This document shows, piece by piece, positions 38,666 through 47,160 of a DNA stretch of 64,000 nucleotides. This DNA comes from Candidatus Giovannonibacteria bacterium RIFCSPHIGHO2_01_FULL_45_24. GTDB taxonomy: Bacteria > Patescibacteriota > Minisyncoccia > UBA11713 > 2-01-FULL-45-33. The notes under the pieces are model-generated. The model ran no database searches, was not told where the DNA came from, and worked only from the letters and a program-made list of their open reading frames with translations. The translations under genes and the position numbers were made by a program. The stretch lies in assembly GCA_001778495.1 (NCBI GenBank), contig MFHE01000007.1:3996-67995 (forward strand), in the 5' to 3' direction. Positions within the stretch are counted from its first letter, which is position 1. Each line of letters starts with the position of its first letter.

Positions 38666-39818
38666 CAACAAAAATGCTTAGAGCCGCTAAAATAATGTCG
38701 CCCCCGCCGGAGAGCGCGCCAGCAGGGTCCAAAAAATCGCTGAACGCCTCCGCGCGCAGGGGTTCCACGGACACCTCCGCACCGTAATCCTTTTTAAAAC
38801 CATCTTTTAGAAAAACGGAGAAAACGGAGAAGTCGGCCCCGCCCCCGGAAAGCAATATTTTTTTAAACGCCGCCGGCGCGCTTATGGAATTTTTAATGCT
38901 TGCCCACCAATCAAAAAGCGCCGCGGACAAAATCCTATCCACCTTCATTTTCAAACGCTCATCCAGCGCGCCGGCGGTGTACTTGCGCAAAATCGGCTCA
39001 ACCTCCTCTTGCCCAATTTTGAGCGCCGCTCCTGTGCGCCTGGCGAGGGTCCTTATGCCGAAAGCGGCGGCGCCCATATGTTCAATCAGGTTTTTGTTAG
39101 CCACAAACACCCCAGTCACTTCTCCGCCGATATCTATAACCAAAACGGGGTCGGATAAATTCTCCGTGGATTTTAGAAGTTTCCACAAAGCCCAGGTATC
39201 CGAAGAAAAAGAAATCGCGCTCCTGGGGAAAAATTTTTCTTTCGCTTCATCTACGTAACTTTTCAAAGTTGCGCTCACCAAAGTAAAAATGGCCTCGGCT
39301 TCAAACGTCTTGCCCTTATACCCCACTGCGTCGCCGACATCGTATCCGTTCACCCGCATGGCAAGAATATTTCGGCCGACTGGCGCAAGCCGCTTATTTA
39401 GCGCCAAAACGTCCTCGCTTAAAAATTTTCCGACGGCGTCAATCTCGGCCTGGCCAATCGGCTTAGACGGGTTTAGGCGCACTTCTTCCCTCCGCGTTTT
39501 CTTATCCAAAAAAAACGGCTCGGAAAGCGCGATTAAAATAACATCAGCGTGACGGGAAACGGCGTAAGCGTCTTTAAAAACTTTCATGAAGCCATCCTTT
39601 AAAATATAAGGGAGCTTGCCAGCGTCCGCGGAAAGCTGGTAGCCCAAAAGATTTAAGGGGCACTTCAAAACCTTCTTAACCTCACAGAGCCCGGCTGGCG
39701 CATCCGAGCTGGCTTTTTCATGGCGCTGAACGACCGCCGCCGAAATTGAAGCCGTCCCCAAATCCACCGCCAAGATATGCGTCGTATTTTTTTTGTGCCC
39801 AAAAATCCACGAAAGCAT
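38649..39818 (-). CDS. Actin-fold FtsA/PilM-like protein
   Basis: AVDLGTASI, VIDIGGEVT, LLSGGGA (phosphate 1, phosphate 2, adenosine motifs). Confidence 0.7.
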   Translation of the reverse strand: MLSWIFGHKKNTTHILAVDLGTASISAAVVQRHEKASSDAPAGLCEVKKVLKCPLNLLGYQLSADAGKLPYILKDGFMKVFKDAYAVSRHADVILIALSEPFFLDKKTRREEVRLNPSKPIGQAEIDAVGKFLSEDVLALNKRLAPVGRNILAMRVNGYDVGDAVGYKGKTFEAEAIFTLVSATLKSYVDEAKEKFFPRSAISFSSDTWALWKLLKSTENLSDPVLVIDIGGEVTGVFVANKNLIEHMGAAAFGIRTLARRTGAALKIGQEEVEPILRKYTAGALDERLKMKVDRILSAALFDWWASIKNSISAPAAFKKILLSGGGADFSVFSVFLKDGFKKDYGAEVSVEPLRAEAFSDFLDPAGALSGGGDIILAALSIFVDAKTN

Positions 39819-39871
39819 AAAAATATTATAACACGCTCTGGACAAGATTTTAAGCAACTGCTAATTACTGC

Positions 39872-39904
39872 ATAACACTTTCTTCCGATCGAGCAAAAAT
39901 GTTA
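39872..39904. repeat. 33-bp palindromic direct repeat, copy 1
   Basis: ATAACACTTTCTTCCGATCGAGCAAAAATGTTA. Confidence 0.9.
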
Positions 39905-39906
39905 CA

Positions 39907-40428
39907 TTAAATTTTGGCATTTTCTATCTTATTGGTTTCAAAAATTATACAGTGTTTAAGAATCCCGGTTTCTTCCCACAAATCAGTAAACTCCTGTGGC
40001 AAATGATGTGGGTATGCCCAGACGCTTTTTTGAAGTTGTTTAAAACCGAAATTGATTAATTCCCGCCGCAGGAGATCTCGCTTGCCGCGCAATTTCTCTG
40101 GAACATCAAAAACAATAATACGCCATTTTCCATCCCATGGTTTGGATTTAGTCATTTCCAATTTTAGCATAATTTTTTCTGCTTCCTTTTCGCCTTCTTC
40201 GGTTAGCGTGAAAAAAATTTGTCTCCCCCTGCGTTCCATTTGAATTAAATTCCGTTTTTTTAAGCGATTCGCGGCTATCCTCACAAATTCCGGTCTAAGC
40301 TGATTCCTTATTCTGCTGTATTCCATCAGTATTTCAAACGGGCAATCTACCGTCTTCTTCAATGCCAAAAGCACCAATTCTGCCGCTGATGGTTTACGTA
40401 CGCCATTTAGAATTATTTTTTTAGACAT
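39907..40428 (-). CDS. Second PaaX-like/Cas2-like domain protein
   Basis: LTEEG wing; WDGKWRIIVFDVPE; LQKSVWAYP. Confidence 0.8.
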   Translation of the reverse strand: MSKKIILNGVRKPSAAELVLLALKKTVDCPFEILMEYSRIRNQLRPEFVRIAANRLKKRNLIQMERRGRQIFFTLTEEGEKEAEKIMLKLEMTKSKPWDGKWRIIVFDVPEKLRGKRDLLRRELINFGFKQLQKSVWAYPHHLPQEFTDLWEETGILKHCIIFETNKIENAKI

Positions 40429-40442
40429 ATATTACACTCAAT

Positions 40443-40475
40443 ATAACACTTCCTTCCGATCGAGCAAAATTGTTA
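40443..40475. repeat. 33-bp palindromic direct repeat, copy 2
   Basis: ATAACACTTCCTTCCGATCGAGCAAAATTGTTA; 31/33 identical to copy 1. Confidence 0.9.
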
Positions 40476-40501
40476 TGTTTGTGATTATTACGTTATCACG
40501 T

Positions 40502-42220
40502 TTATGACATAACGATCGCGCGGAGGCGGCGGGCGCCAGAACCGATGGCTTCCTGCTTCAATATTTTAAACTGGCCGATTTCGGATGTGTTTTTAACGTG
40601 CGGGCCGCCGCAGAGCTCCCGAGAAAAAATCTCCGGCGGGTCTGCTCTAAAATCGCCCACCGAATAAACTTTAACGTTCTCCGGATATTTTTCCTTAAAA
40701 AAATGTAGCGCTCCGGCCTTTAGGGCTTCTTCGTAAGATATTTCTTTCATCTCAACCTGATATTTTTTGCTAATCGCTAAATTCACCAAGCCCTCAATTT
40801 TTTTAATTTCTTCGTCGGTCAGTTTTCTATCATACGTAAAATCAAATCTTATCCGCTCTGCGGTGATGTCACTGCCGGCCTGCTTTACGCCGTCTCCCAA
40901 AACTTTTCTCAAAGCCGCCTGCAAAAGATGCGTCGCCGTGTGCAATCTTATCACTTTTTTCAATTCTTCTTCATCTTTGGCCTTAAGCTCTCCTGTATCC
41001 AAAAGAAGCCCATGCCCTCCAAATTTTTTCTCCACCCCCGCCCGTGATATTTTTTGATGTTTTTTTATCTCTTCCTCAAACTTATTTCTATTCAATTCGC
41101 TTCCACGCAATCCGCCCACAACATCTTTTATAACCTCAAACGGCAATCCGTATGTTTGGTATAAATCAAAAGCTCGTTTTTCGTCGAGCGCTTGTATATC
41201 TTTTTTCATTTCTTGAATGCCCTTATCTAAGCTCTTCCCGAATTTCGCTCGTTCCTTTTGTATCTCGTCTTGAATGTTATTAGATTTTCTCAACAATTCT
41301 GGATAAAAATCACCATACGAATGAGCCATGTCGTGCAAAAGCGAATCAAAAATATGAGATTTTAAATTATGCGTTGTCTCGATGGCCATCACGCGTCGTA
41401 TTAAGCGCCGCAAAACATAGCCGGCTTCTTTGTTTAATGGCCGCACGCCATCATTAATTAAAAATGTTATGGCTCTTGAATGGTCAACGATAATTCGTTT
41501 TATTTTTTCCGGCAACTCTTTAGGCAAAAGCTCAAAATATTGCGCGAATAAATCCGTTTCAAAAATGTTTTTTTTGCCCTGCGAGACCATCGCGAGGCGT
41601 TCCAGCCCCATGCCTGTGTCCACGCCCGGGGTCTTCAGCTTTTCAAAAGAGCCGTCCGGCTTTTTGTAATATTCGTTAAAAACTATATTCCAGATTTCCA
41701 CGCCGTTTATATAAATCTCCGTGGTCGGCCCGCATGGGCCCTCCGCGCCGGTCGGTCCCCAAAAATTGTCCTCGCGCCCGGCTTTTCTTATGTCCTTAAT
41801 GCCTAATCTACGCCAAATCTCCTCGGATTCCTTATCTGGTTCAATATCGCCTTTTTCGTTTAAAACAGTAACATAATCAATTTTAAGCCCGATACTCTCC
41901 AAAAATTCTTTAGCGTATTTTATCGCCTTTTCTTTAAAATATCCTCCAAAACTAAAATTCCCGAGCATCTCAAAAAACGTGAGGTGCGACTCGTCCCCCA
42001 CTTCGTCTATGTCGGAGGTGCGAAAGCATTTTTGCACTGAAGCAACGTTGGGCGCGGGCGCAAGCGACGGCTCGGTGTAGTACTTTTTAAACTGCTGCAT
42101 TCCGGCGGTGGTCAAAAGCACTGAAGGGTCGTCGGGGATCAACGAAGAAGATGGGGCGATTTTATGCCCGCGCTTTTTAAAGAAATCAAGAAATTTTTTT
42201 CGTAATTCAGCAGAAGACAT
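40502..42220 (-). CDS. alaS: Alanine--tRNA ligase (short; no C-Ala domain)
   Basis: TTAGMQQFK, HLTFFEMLGNFSFG, DTGMGLERL, editing HTATH and ELCGGPH. Confidence 0.96.
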   Translation of the reverse strand: MSSAELRKKFLDFFKKRGHKIAPSSSLIPDDPSVLLTTAGMQQFKKYYTEPSLAPAPNVASVQKCFRTSDIDEVGDESHLTFFEMLGNFSFGGYFKEKAIKYAKEFLESIGLKIDYVTVLNEKGDIEPDKESEEIWRRLGIKDIRKAGREDNFWGPTGAEGPCGPTTEIYINGVEIWNIVFNEYYKKPDGSFEKLKTPGVDTGMGLERLAMVSQGKKNIFETDLFAQYFELLPKELPEKIKRIIVDHSRAITFLINDGVRPLNKEAGYVLRRLIRRVMAIETTHNLKSHIFDSLLHDMAHSYGDFYPELLRKSNNIQDEIQKERAKFGKSLDKGIQEMKKDIQALDEKRAFDLYQTYGLPFEVIKDVVGGLRGSELNRNKFEEEIKKHQKISRAGVEKKFGGHGLLLDTGELKAKDEEELKKVIRLHTATHLLQAALRKVLGDGVKQAGSDITAERIRFDFTYDRKLTDEEIKKIEGLVNLAISKKYQVEMKEISYEEALKAGALHFFKEKYPENVKVYSVGDFRADPPEIFSRELCGGPHVKNTSEIGQFKILKQEAIGSGARRLRAIVMS

Positions 42221-42266
42221 AGCGATATTGTAACACCAAAATTTGTAATAAAAAAGCGGCGGACGC

Positions 42267-42665
42267 TTAAGCTAGCTTAACTTTGCGTCCGCCACGCGCG
42301 TGCTTCAATCTAGCGATGTTTTCTCCCGCCAGCCGCTTTTCTTTCCAACGCGTGAGATGCTGGCGGAGGTATTGCGGGTCAATACCCCAAACTTCGCAGA
42401 TGTTTTGGAAAGAAAAAAGCCAGCCGGTTTCTTTCTCAAAAATCCATTCCTTGGCATCCAAAAATTCATGCCGCCCCTTAGAACCTTTTGCGCAAAGTAG
42501 ATTCTTCTGGAAACATTCTATGGCGTCTTTCAAAATAGAAAACATCAGCATTCTCTCCCCCTCCCAATCCTTGCCCCTCTGCCTTTCGTAGAAAAGTCCC
42601 TCCAACAGAGCGTCCGGTTCAAAAAGTTCCATAAGTTTTCTCTCCTCCATGCTAAGATTATTCAT
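42267..42665 (-). CDS. Hypothetical helical protein (orphan cassette)
   Basis: SD AAAGGGGG; TTGATT...TGCTAAGGT promoter. Confidence 0.65.
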   Translation of the reverse strand: MNNLSMEERKLMELFEPDALLEGLFYERQRGKDWEGERMLMFSILKDAIECFQKNLLCAKGSKGRHEFLDAKEWIFEKETGWLFSFQNICEVWGIDPQYLRQHLTRWKEKRLAGENIARLKHARGGRKVKLA

Positions 42666-42714
42666 CCCACAGCCCCCTTTCCATCTCAAACCTTAGCATA
42701 AGTGGGAAAAAAAA

Positions 42715-43764
42715 TCAAGCTTTTATTACACCGCCGCCCAAGAGTTCTTCGCCGGAATAAAAAACTGCGGATTGCCCTTGGGCGACACCGCGCTGGGGCG
42801 AGTCAAAAATAATTTTGCCGCCGGAAAACCTGGCGCCTTGCCGGGGCTGGCGGTAACGGACACGAACTTCCATTCTTTCGGGCGGGTTTCCGGAAATAAG
42901 ATTAATCTCACCAATTTTAATCTCGTTCAGATAGAGTGCCGGATTTTCTGCATCGGCGACCACAAGCGTATTCGCGTTCGCATCCCGCTCCGCCACATAG
43001 GCCGGGCGCTCAAGCCCTCCGAGCTTCAGTCCGTGCCGCTGGCCGATGGTGTAAAAGTGCGCGCCGTCGTGCTTGCCAATCTCCTCTCCTGCCGGGTTTA
43101 AAATCGCGCCTTCTTTTCGCGGAAGAATCCTGCGTAAAAATTCCTGAAAATCAACTTTGCCGACAAAGCAAAGCCCTTGCGAATCCTTTTTTGCGGCAGT
43201 CGGTAAGCCAGCTTTTCTTGCCAACTCCCTAACCTCCGACTTTAAATAATCACCTATCGGAAAAAGGCAGTGCCGGAGCTGGTTTTGAGTGAGAGCCCAG
43301 AGAAAATAGGATTGGTCTTTGCTGGGGTCTTTCGCGGCAAATAACTTGGAAGCCGAACTTCCACTTGGAAGTTCGGCTTCCAAGTGCCGGACATAGTGTC
43401 CCGTCGCAATAAAATCCGCCCCTGCTTCCAGCGCGCGTTTCAAAAAAATCCCGAACTTGATTTCCTTATTGCACATCACGTCCGGATTGGGCGTGCGGCT
43501 CTCCGCGTATCCCCGCACCATATAATCAAAAACTTCCTCGCGGTATTCTTTTTTAAAATCCCAAACCAAAAACGGAATGCCGAGCTTCGCCGCCACCCTC
43601 ATCGCATCCCGCTTGTCTTCGTTATTTTCGCAACCTTCCCAGCAGAGCATATGAACGCCAGTGACATCGTATCCTTTTTCTTTCAACAGCAAGGCAGCCA
43701 CAGAAGAATCAACTCCACCGCTCATCGCAACAAAGACTTTTTGTTTCTTATCTGTATTTGACAT
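42715..43764 (-). CDS. mnmA: tRNA 2-thiouridylase
   Basis: AMSGGVDSS, TPNPDVMCN, ATGHY, KDQSYFL, DSQGLCF, TIGQR. Confidence 0.97.
   Translation of the reverse strand: MSNTDKKQKVFVAMSGGVDSSVAALLLKEKGYDVTGVHMLCWEGCENNEDKRDAMRVAAKLGIPFLVWDFKKEYREEVFDYMVRGYAESRTPNPDVMCNKEIKFGIFLKRALEAGADFIATGHYVRHLEAELPSGSSASKLFAAKDPSKDQSYFLWALTQNQLRHCLFPIGDYLKSEVRELARKAGLPTAAKKDSQGLCFVGKVDFQEFLRRILPRKEGAILNPAGEEIGKHDGAHFYTIGQRHGLKLGGLERPAYVAERDANANTLVVADAENPALYLNEIKIGEINLISGNPPERMEVRVRYRQPRQGARFSGGKIIFDSPQRGVAQGQSAVFYSGEELLGGGVIKA
43344..43385. repeat. Perfect 20-bp-stem palindrome inside mnmA
   Basis: ACTTGGAAGCCGAACTTCCA-CT-TGGAAGTTCGGCTTCCAAGT. Confidence 0.92.
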
Positions 43765-43783
43765 GCGGTGACATTATAATATA

Positions 43784-44158
43784 ATGGAATTAATGAAGTC
43801 CATAGGCGCAATTTGGCTGATTTTGAGCTTTACCGCCCTCGCTACGTTCGGGTTTTTGGCGATGGATGAAAATATGGCGCACAGAATCTGTTTGGCCTCA
43901 ACTCTGGCCGGCGCATTTTGCCCAGAAAACAACGCTTTCGCGGTCGCATTTTTCCACACGACGGCTTTCAAAAGTTTTTCGCTGGCCTTAATCTTCGCGC
44001 TCCTTCTGGCGGGATATGCAATCTTTTCAATGCTCGCGCCGAAGATTTTTTCTCCCGAAACAAACCTTAGCTTTGTTTTCAATTCGACTGAAACCAAACT
44101 CTCCCCGCTCGCAAAATCCCTAAGAGAGTGGCTGGCGCTCCGCGAAAACAGCCGCTAA
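43784..44158 (+). CDS. Hypothetical membrane protein heading the copper/redox cluster
   Basis: Two TMs, H..C........CP..HT; same strand as cluster. Confidence 0.6.
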   Translation: MELMKSIGAIWLILSFTALATFGFLAMDENMAHRICLASTLAGAFCPENNAFAVAFFHTTAFKSFSLALIFALLLAGYAIFSMLAPKIFSPETNLSFVFNSTETKLSPLAKSLREWLALRENSR

Positions 44159-44227
44159 TTTTGCTTTTGTCTTTTCAAAACCCGTTTTGGGCGGGCGCTT
44201 TTTATTCATTTAATTTTCTCTTCTCTT

Positions 44228-44725
44228 ATGCAAAATAAAAATATTATTATGAGTGCTTTGGCCAGCGCGGTTATTCTGGGCGGGATAATTTGGCTAGGCA
44301 ATCTCTCGAAAACACAAAACGCTGGCGGCGATTACGCCGTTGCAGGGGGCAAGCTTGCGGTCGAAGAAACAAATTTTGATTTCGGCAAAATTTCAATGGC
44401 CGCCGGCAATGTCAGGCACGCGTTTAAAATTAAAAACGCCGGCGCGGTGCCGGTAACAGTCAACAAAATATACACTTCCTGCATGTGCACCGCCGCTTCG
44501 CTAAAAACCGCAGCCGGAGAGTGGGGGCCTTTCGGGATGCCCGGGCACGGCCTCACTCCGAAACTGAATATTAAGCTCGCGCCCGGCGCGGAAACAGAAC
44601 TGGAAGCCATCTTTGACCCGGCGGCGCACGGGCCCGCCGGGGTCGGCCAAATTGAACGCGTGATTTATTTAGACACCAGTCACGGCGTGACGGAATTAAA
44701 AATTAAAGCGCTGGTGACGCCCTAA
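44228..44725 (+). CDS. DUF1573-like Ig-fold protein
   Basis: FDFG.I, F.IKN.G, TSCMCT, FDPAAHGP.G. Confidence 0.75.
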   Translation: MQNKNIIMSALASAVILGGIIWLGNLSKTQNAGGDYAVAGGKLAVEETNFDFGKISMAAGNVRHAFKIKNAGAVPVTVNKIYTSCMCTAASLKTAAGEWGPFGMPGHGLTPKLNIKLAPGAETELEAIFDPAAHGPAGVGQIERVIYLDTSHGVTELKIKALVTP

Positions 44726-44729
44726 ACTT

Positions 44730-45431
44730 ATGACCGAAATCATCTGGAATTTATCAAACGGCGGGGAGCGGCTTTTCCCTCTCATAGCCGCCTCCGCTAT
44801 TATTGACAGCGTCAATCCCTGCGCTTTTTCCATTTTGCTCCTTACCATCGCGTTTCTTTTTTCCGCAGGGCATCTCCGTTCCAAAATCCTCACTGTCGGA
44901 GGTTTCTACATCGCGGGGATTTTCCTTGTGTATCTCGCGATCGGCCTGGGGCTGCTGCAAGTCCTGCATCTATTCAACACCCCGCATTTTATGGCGAAAA
45001 TCGGCGCCGCCTTTCTAATTATCCTTGGCGTAATCAATATTATAAATTGGTTCTTCCCGAAATTTCCGATTAAATTTAAAATCCCAAACGCTGCTCATCA
45101 TAAAATGTCGGCGCTCATTGAAAAAAGCTCCTTGCCGGCGGCGTTTCTTTTGGGCGCGCTTGTCGGGCTCTGCGAATTTCCATGCACCGGCGGACCTTAC
45201 CTCGCGGCCGTGGGGCTTCTAAACGACAAAGCCACGTATCTTGCCGGAGTCGGCTACTTATTGGCATACAACATTATCTTTATTCTGCCCTTGGCAGCCG
45301 CCTTGCTTCTTGCAAGCAACAAAAATCTCCTGGAGCGCGTACGCACTTGGCAGGAAAGAGAAAAATCCGCCGAAAAAGTGTGGGCGGGGCTGGCGATGGT
45401 GATTCTAGGAATTATTATTTATCTCCTATAA
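44730..45431 (+). CDS. CcdA/DsbD-like transmembrane thiol carrier
   Basis: DSVNPCAF and CEFPCTGG cysteine motifs; about six TMs. Confidence 0.8.
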   Translation: MTEIIWNLSNGGERLFPLIAASAIIDSVNPCAFSILLLTIAFLFSAGHLRSKILTVGGFYIAGIFLVYLAIGLGLLQVLHLFNTPHFMAKIGAAFLIILGVINIINWFFPKFPIKFKIPNAAHHKMSALIEKSSLPAAFLLGALVGLCEFPCTGGPYLAAVGLLNDKATYLAGVGYLLAYNIIFILPLAAALLLASNKNLLERVRTWQEREKSAEKVWAGLAMVILGIIIYLL

Positions 45432-45439
45432 TTTAAAAT

Positions 45440-45802
45440 ATGCATCTACGAATTTGCCCAATTTGCTCCGCTGTCTCTGGAACATGGCTAATCCTTACGG
45501 CGCTGGTTCTAGCCGGATATCTGCCGTCCGAAACTTTTCTGCCGCTCATCGCGCTTCTTATGGGTGGAACGGTCGTGGGCATTGCTTACCGGTTTGAAAA
45601 ACAAAGGCCGCTCATAATCGGCGCGGGCATGCTGCTTGCTTTTTTGGCGGTGCGCAACATGACTTTTCCCGTGTTTTTGTTGGAACTCGTTGTTGTCGCC
45701 GGGCTTGCGTATTTCCTATTTTTCAGAAAAATTGAAACTGCCGAGCCACAAAACAAAAAGGCGCGTGAATCATTGGAAGAAAAAATGAAACGATGCTGCT
45801 GA
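45440..45802 (+). CDS. Membrane protein with N-terminal CxxC and C-terminal CC
   Basis: ICPIC, four TMs, ...MKRCC. Confidence 0.65.
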   Translation: MHLRICPICSAVSGTWLILTALVLAGYLPSETFLPLIALLMGGTVVGIAYRFEKQRPLIIGAGMLLAFLAVRNMTFPVFLLELVVVAGLAYFLFFRKIETAEPQNKKARESLEEKMKRCC

Positions 45803-46218
45803 TATTTTTACTCATTAGTTTCGTGGGGTTCGCCGACGCGGTCTATCTTACGGCCACGCACTACACCGGCGCCAATGTTGCCTGCGGAGTGCTTGAGGGC
45901 TGCGACAAGGTTTTGGCTAGCGCCTATTCAGTATTCGCCGGGCTACCCGTGGCACTTTTGGGCGTGATTTACTACTTGCTGCTCATTACTCTTCTTTTGT
46001 GCTACTTTGCGACAAAGCAAAAAGGGTTCCTATGGGCCGCCGCCGCGTTTACGCCCGTCGGCTTTCTGGCATCAGCATGGTTTTTGTATCTCCAGATATT
46101 CGTCATAAAAACGCTTTGCTTTTATTGCCTGATTTCGGCTATCAGCTCAACCCTGCTCCTTATTATCAGCTTATACATTTTATGGAAACAAAAAACGAAA
46201 ACGACTTTGTTGGCATAG
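45793..46218 (+). CDS. Vitamin K epoxide reductase (VKOR) family protein
   Basis: AC.....CDKVL.S.YS...G.P...LG, LCFYC. Confidence 0.88.
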   Translation: MLLIFLLISFVGFADAVYLTATHYTGANVACGVLEGCDKVLASAYSVFAGLPVALLGVIYYLLLITLLLCYFATKQKGFLWAAAAFTPVGFLASAWFLYLQIFVIKTLCFYCLISAISSTLLLIISLYILWKQKTKTTLLA

Positions 46219-46841
46219 GGCTTATTATTGCGTTTGTTCTGCTCGCTGCCATCTCGCTGATCGGCGTGAAAAAAACTGATGTGGTAAGCGCCGAATTGAA
46301 CGGCTTAAAAACAAAATTGGTCGCCGCGGGCGTGATTGACAAAAAAAGATCGGAAAACCGCTTAAATCTTCTCTGGGCTTTTGGGCTCGCCAATAAAAAC
46401 GAAATTCTTGAAAAAGGGCCTATGGCAAACCTGCGATACGACACAGGCCGCTTCGCTTCCACCGGCGGCTGGATTCCAGCACAAGGCGGCGCAATGGACC
46501 ACTACTCGCGTTATGAATTCATCAAGCTCACCGATACCCAGCAAAAACTTGTTGAAAAATTAGCCAAAAATATCTACCGGCCCTGTTGCGACAATCCGGC
46601 TTATTTTCCGGACTGCAACCACGGCATGGCCATGCTGGGGCTTTTGGAGCTTATGGCCTCCGAGGGCGCGAGCGAGAAAGAAATGTATCTCGCGGCGCTC
46701 AAAGCAAACGCCGAATGGTTTCCGGACGCTTATCACAATATCGCGAAATACTTAGCGGCAAAGGGTTTAACCCCGGACCAAGCCGGCCCGAAAGAAATTT
46801 TAAGCGCGAAATACTCCAGCGGGAACGGCGGGGCTTGCTAA
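46182..46841 (+). CDS. Cys-rich membrane-anchored hypothetical protein (start METK)
   Basis: N-terminal TM; RPCCDN....PDCNHGMA; C-terminal GGAC. Confidence 0.65.
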   Translation: METKNENDFVGIGLIIAFVLLAAISLIGVKKTDVVSAELNGLKTKLVAAGVIDKKRSENRLNLLWAFGLANKNEILEKGPMANLRYDTGRFASTGGWIPAQGGAMDHYSRYEFIKLTDTQQKLVEKLAKNIYRPCCDNPAYFPDCNHGMAMLGLLELMASEGASEKEMYLAALKANAEWFPDAYHNIAKYLAAKGLTPDQAGPKEILSAKYSSGNGGAC

Positions 46842-46897
46842 GAAGAGTATAATTAAATTAAAGGCCGATATTATCAGCAAATATATAAATAACAAAT

Positions 46898-47158
46898 ATG
46901 CAATTAAATAAACAAAAATTTGCTTTAGCCGCAGCCGCTGTAATGAGCGGCTGGTCAGTGATTTGCGCAGTCTTAGTCGCAATAGCGCCAAATTTGGCGC
47001 TCACCCTGTTCAGCTGGATGGTTCATCTGGTCAATCTTAAGGCGGGCGTGAGCTTCCCGGGAGCAATTTATGGGATTATTGAAGTTTTCATCCTGACCTA
47101 CATAACCGCCTACGCTTTTGCGTTGCTGCACAATAAATTTATCCAGCCCAAGACCTAG
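46898..47158 (+). CDS. DUF5676-like small membrane protein
   Basis: WS.ICA..V..AP, W..H, FA.L.N; typical neighbour of copper genes. Confidence 0.6.
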   Translation: MQLNKQKFALAAAAVMSGWSVICAVLVAIAPNLALTLFSWMVHLVNLKAGVSFPGAIYGIIEVFILTYITAYAFALLHNKFIQPKT

Positions 47159-47160
47159 CG

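Noticed and set aside
6849..40475. CRISPR-Cas system suggested by Cas4-like and Cas2-like proteins and 33-bp repeats
   Set aside because: No cas1 or effector genes; only two repeat copies, separated by a whole gene rather than by spacers.
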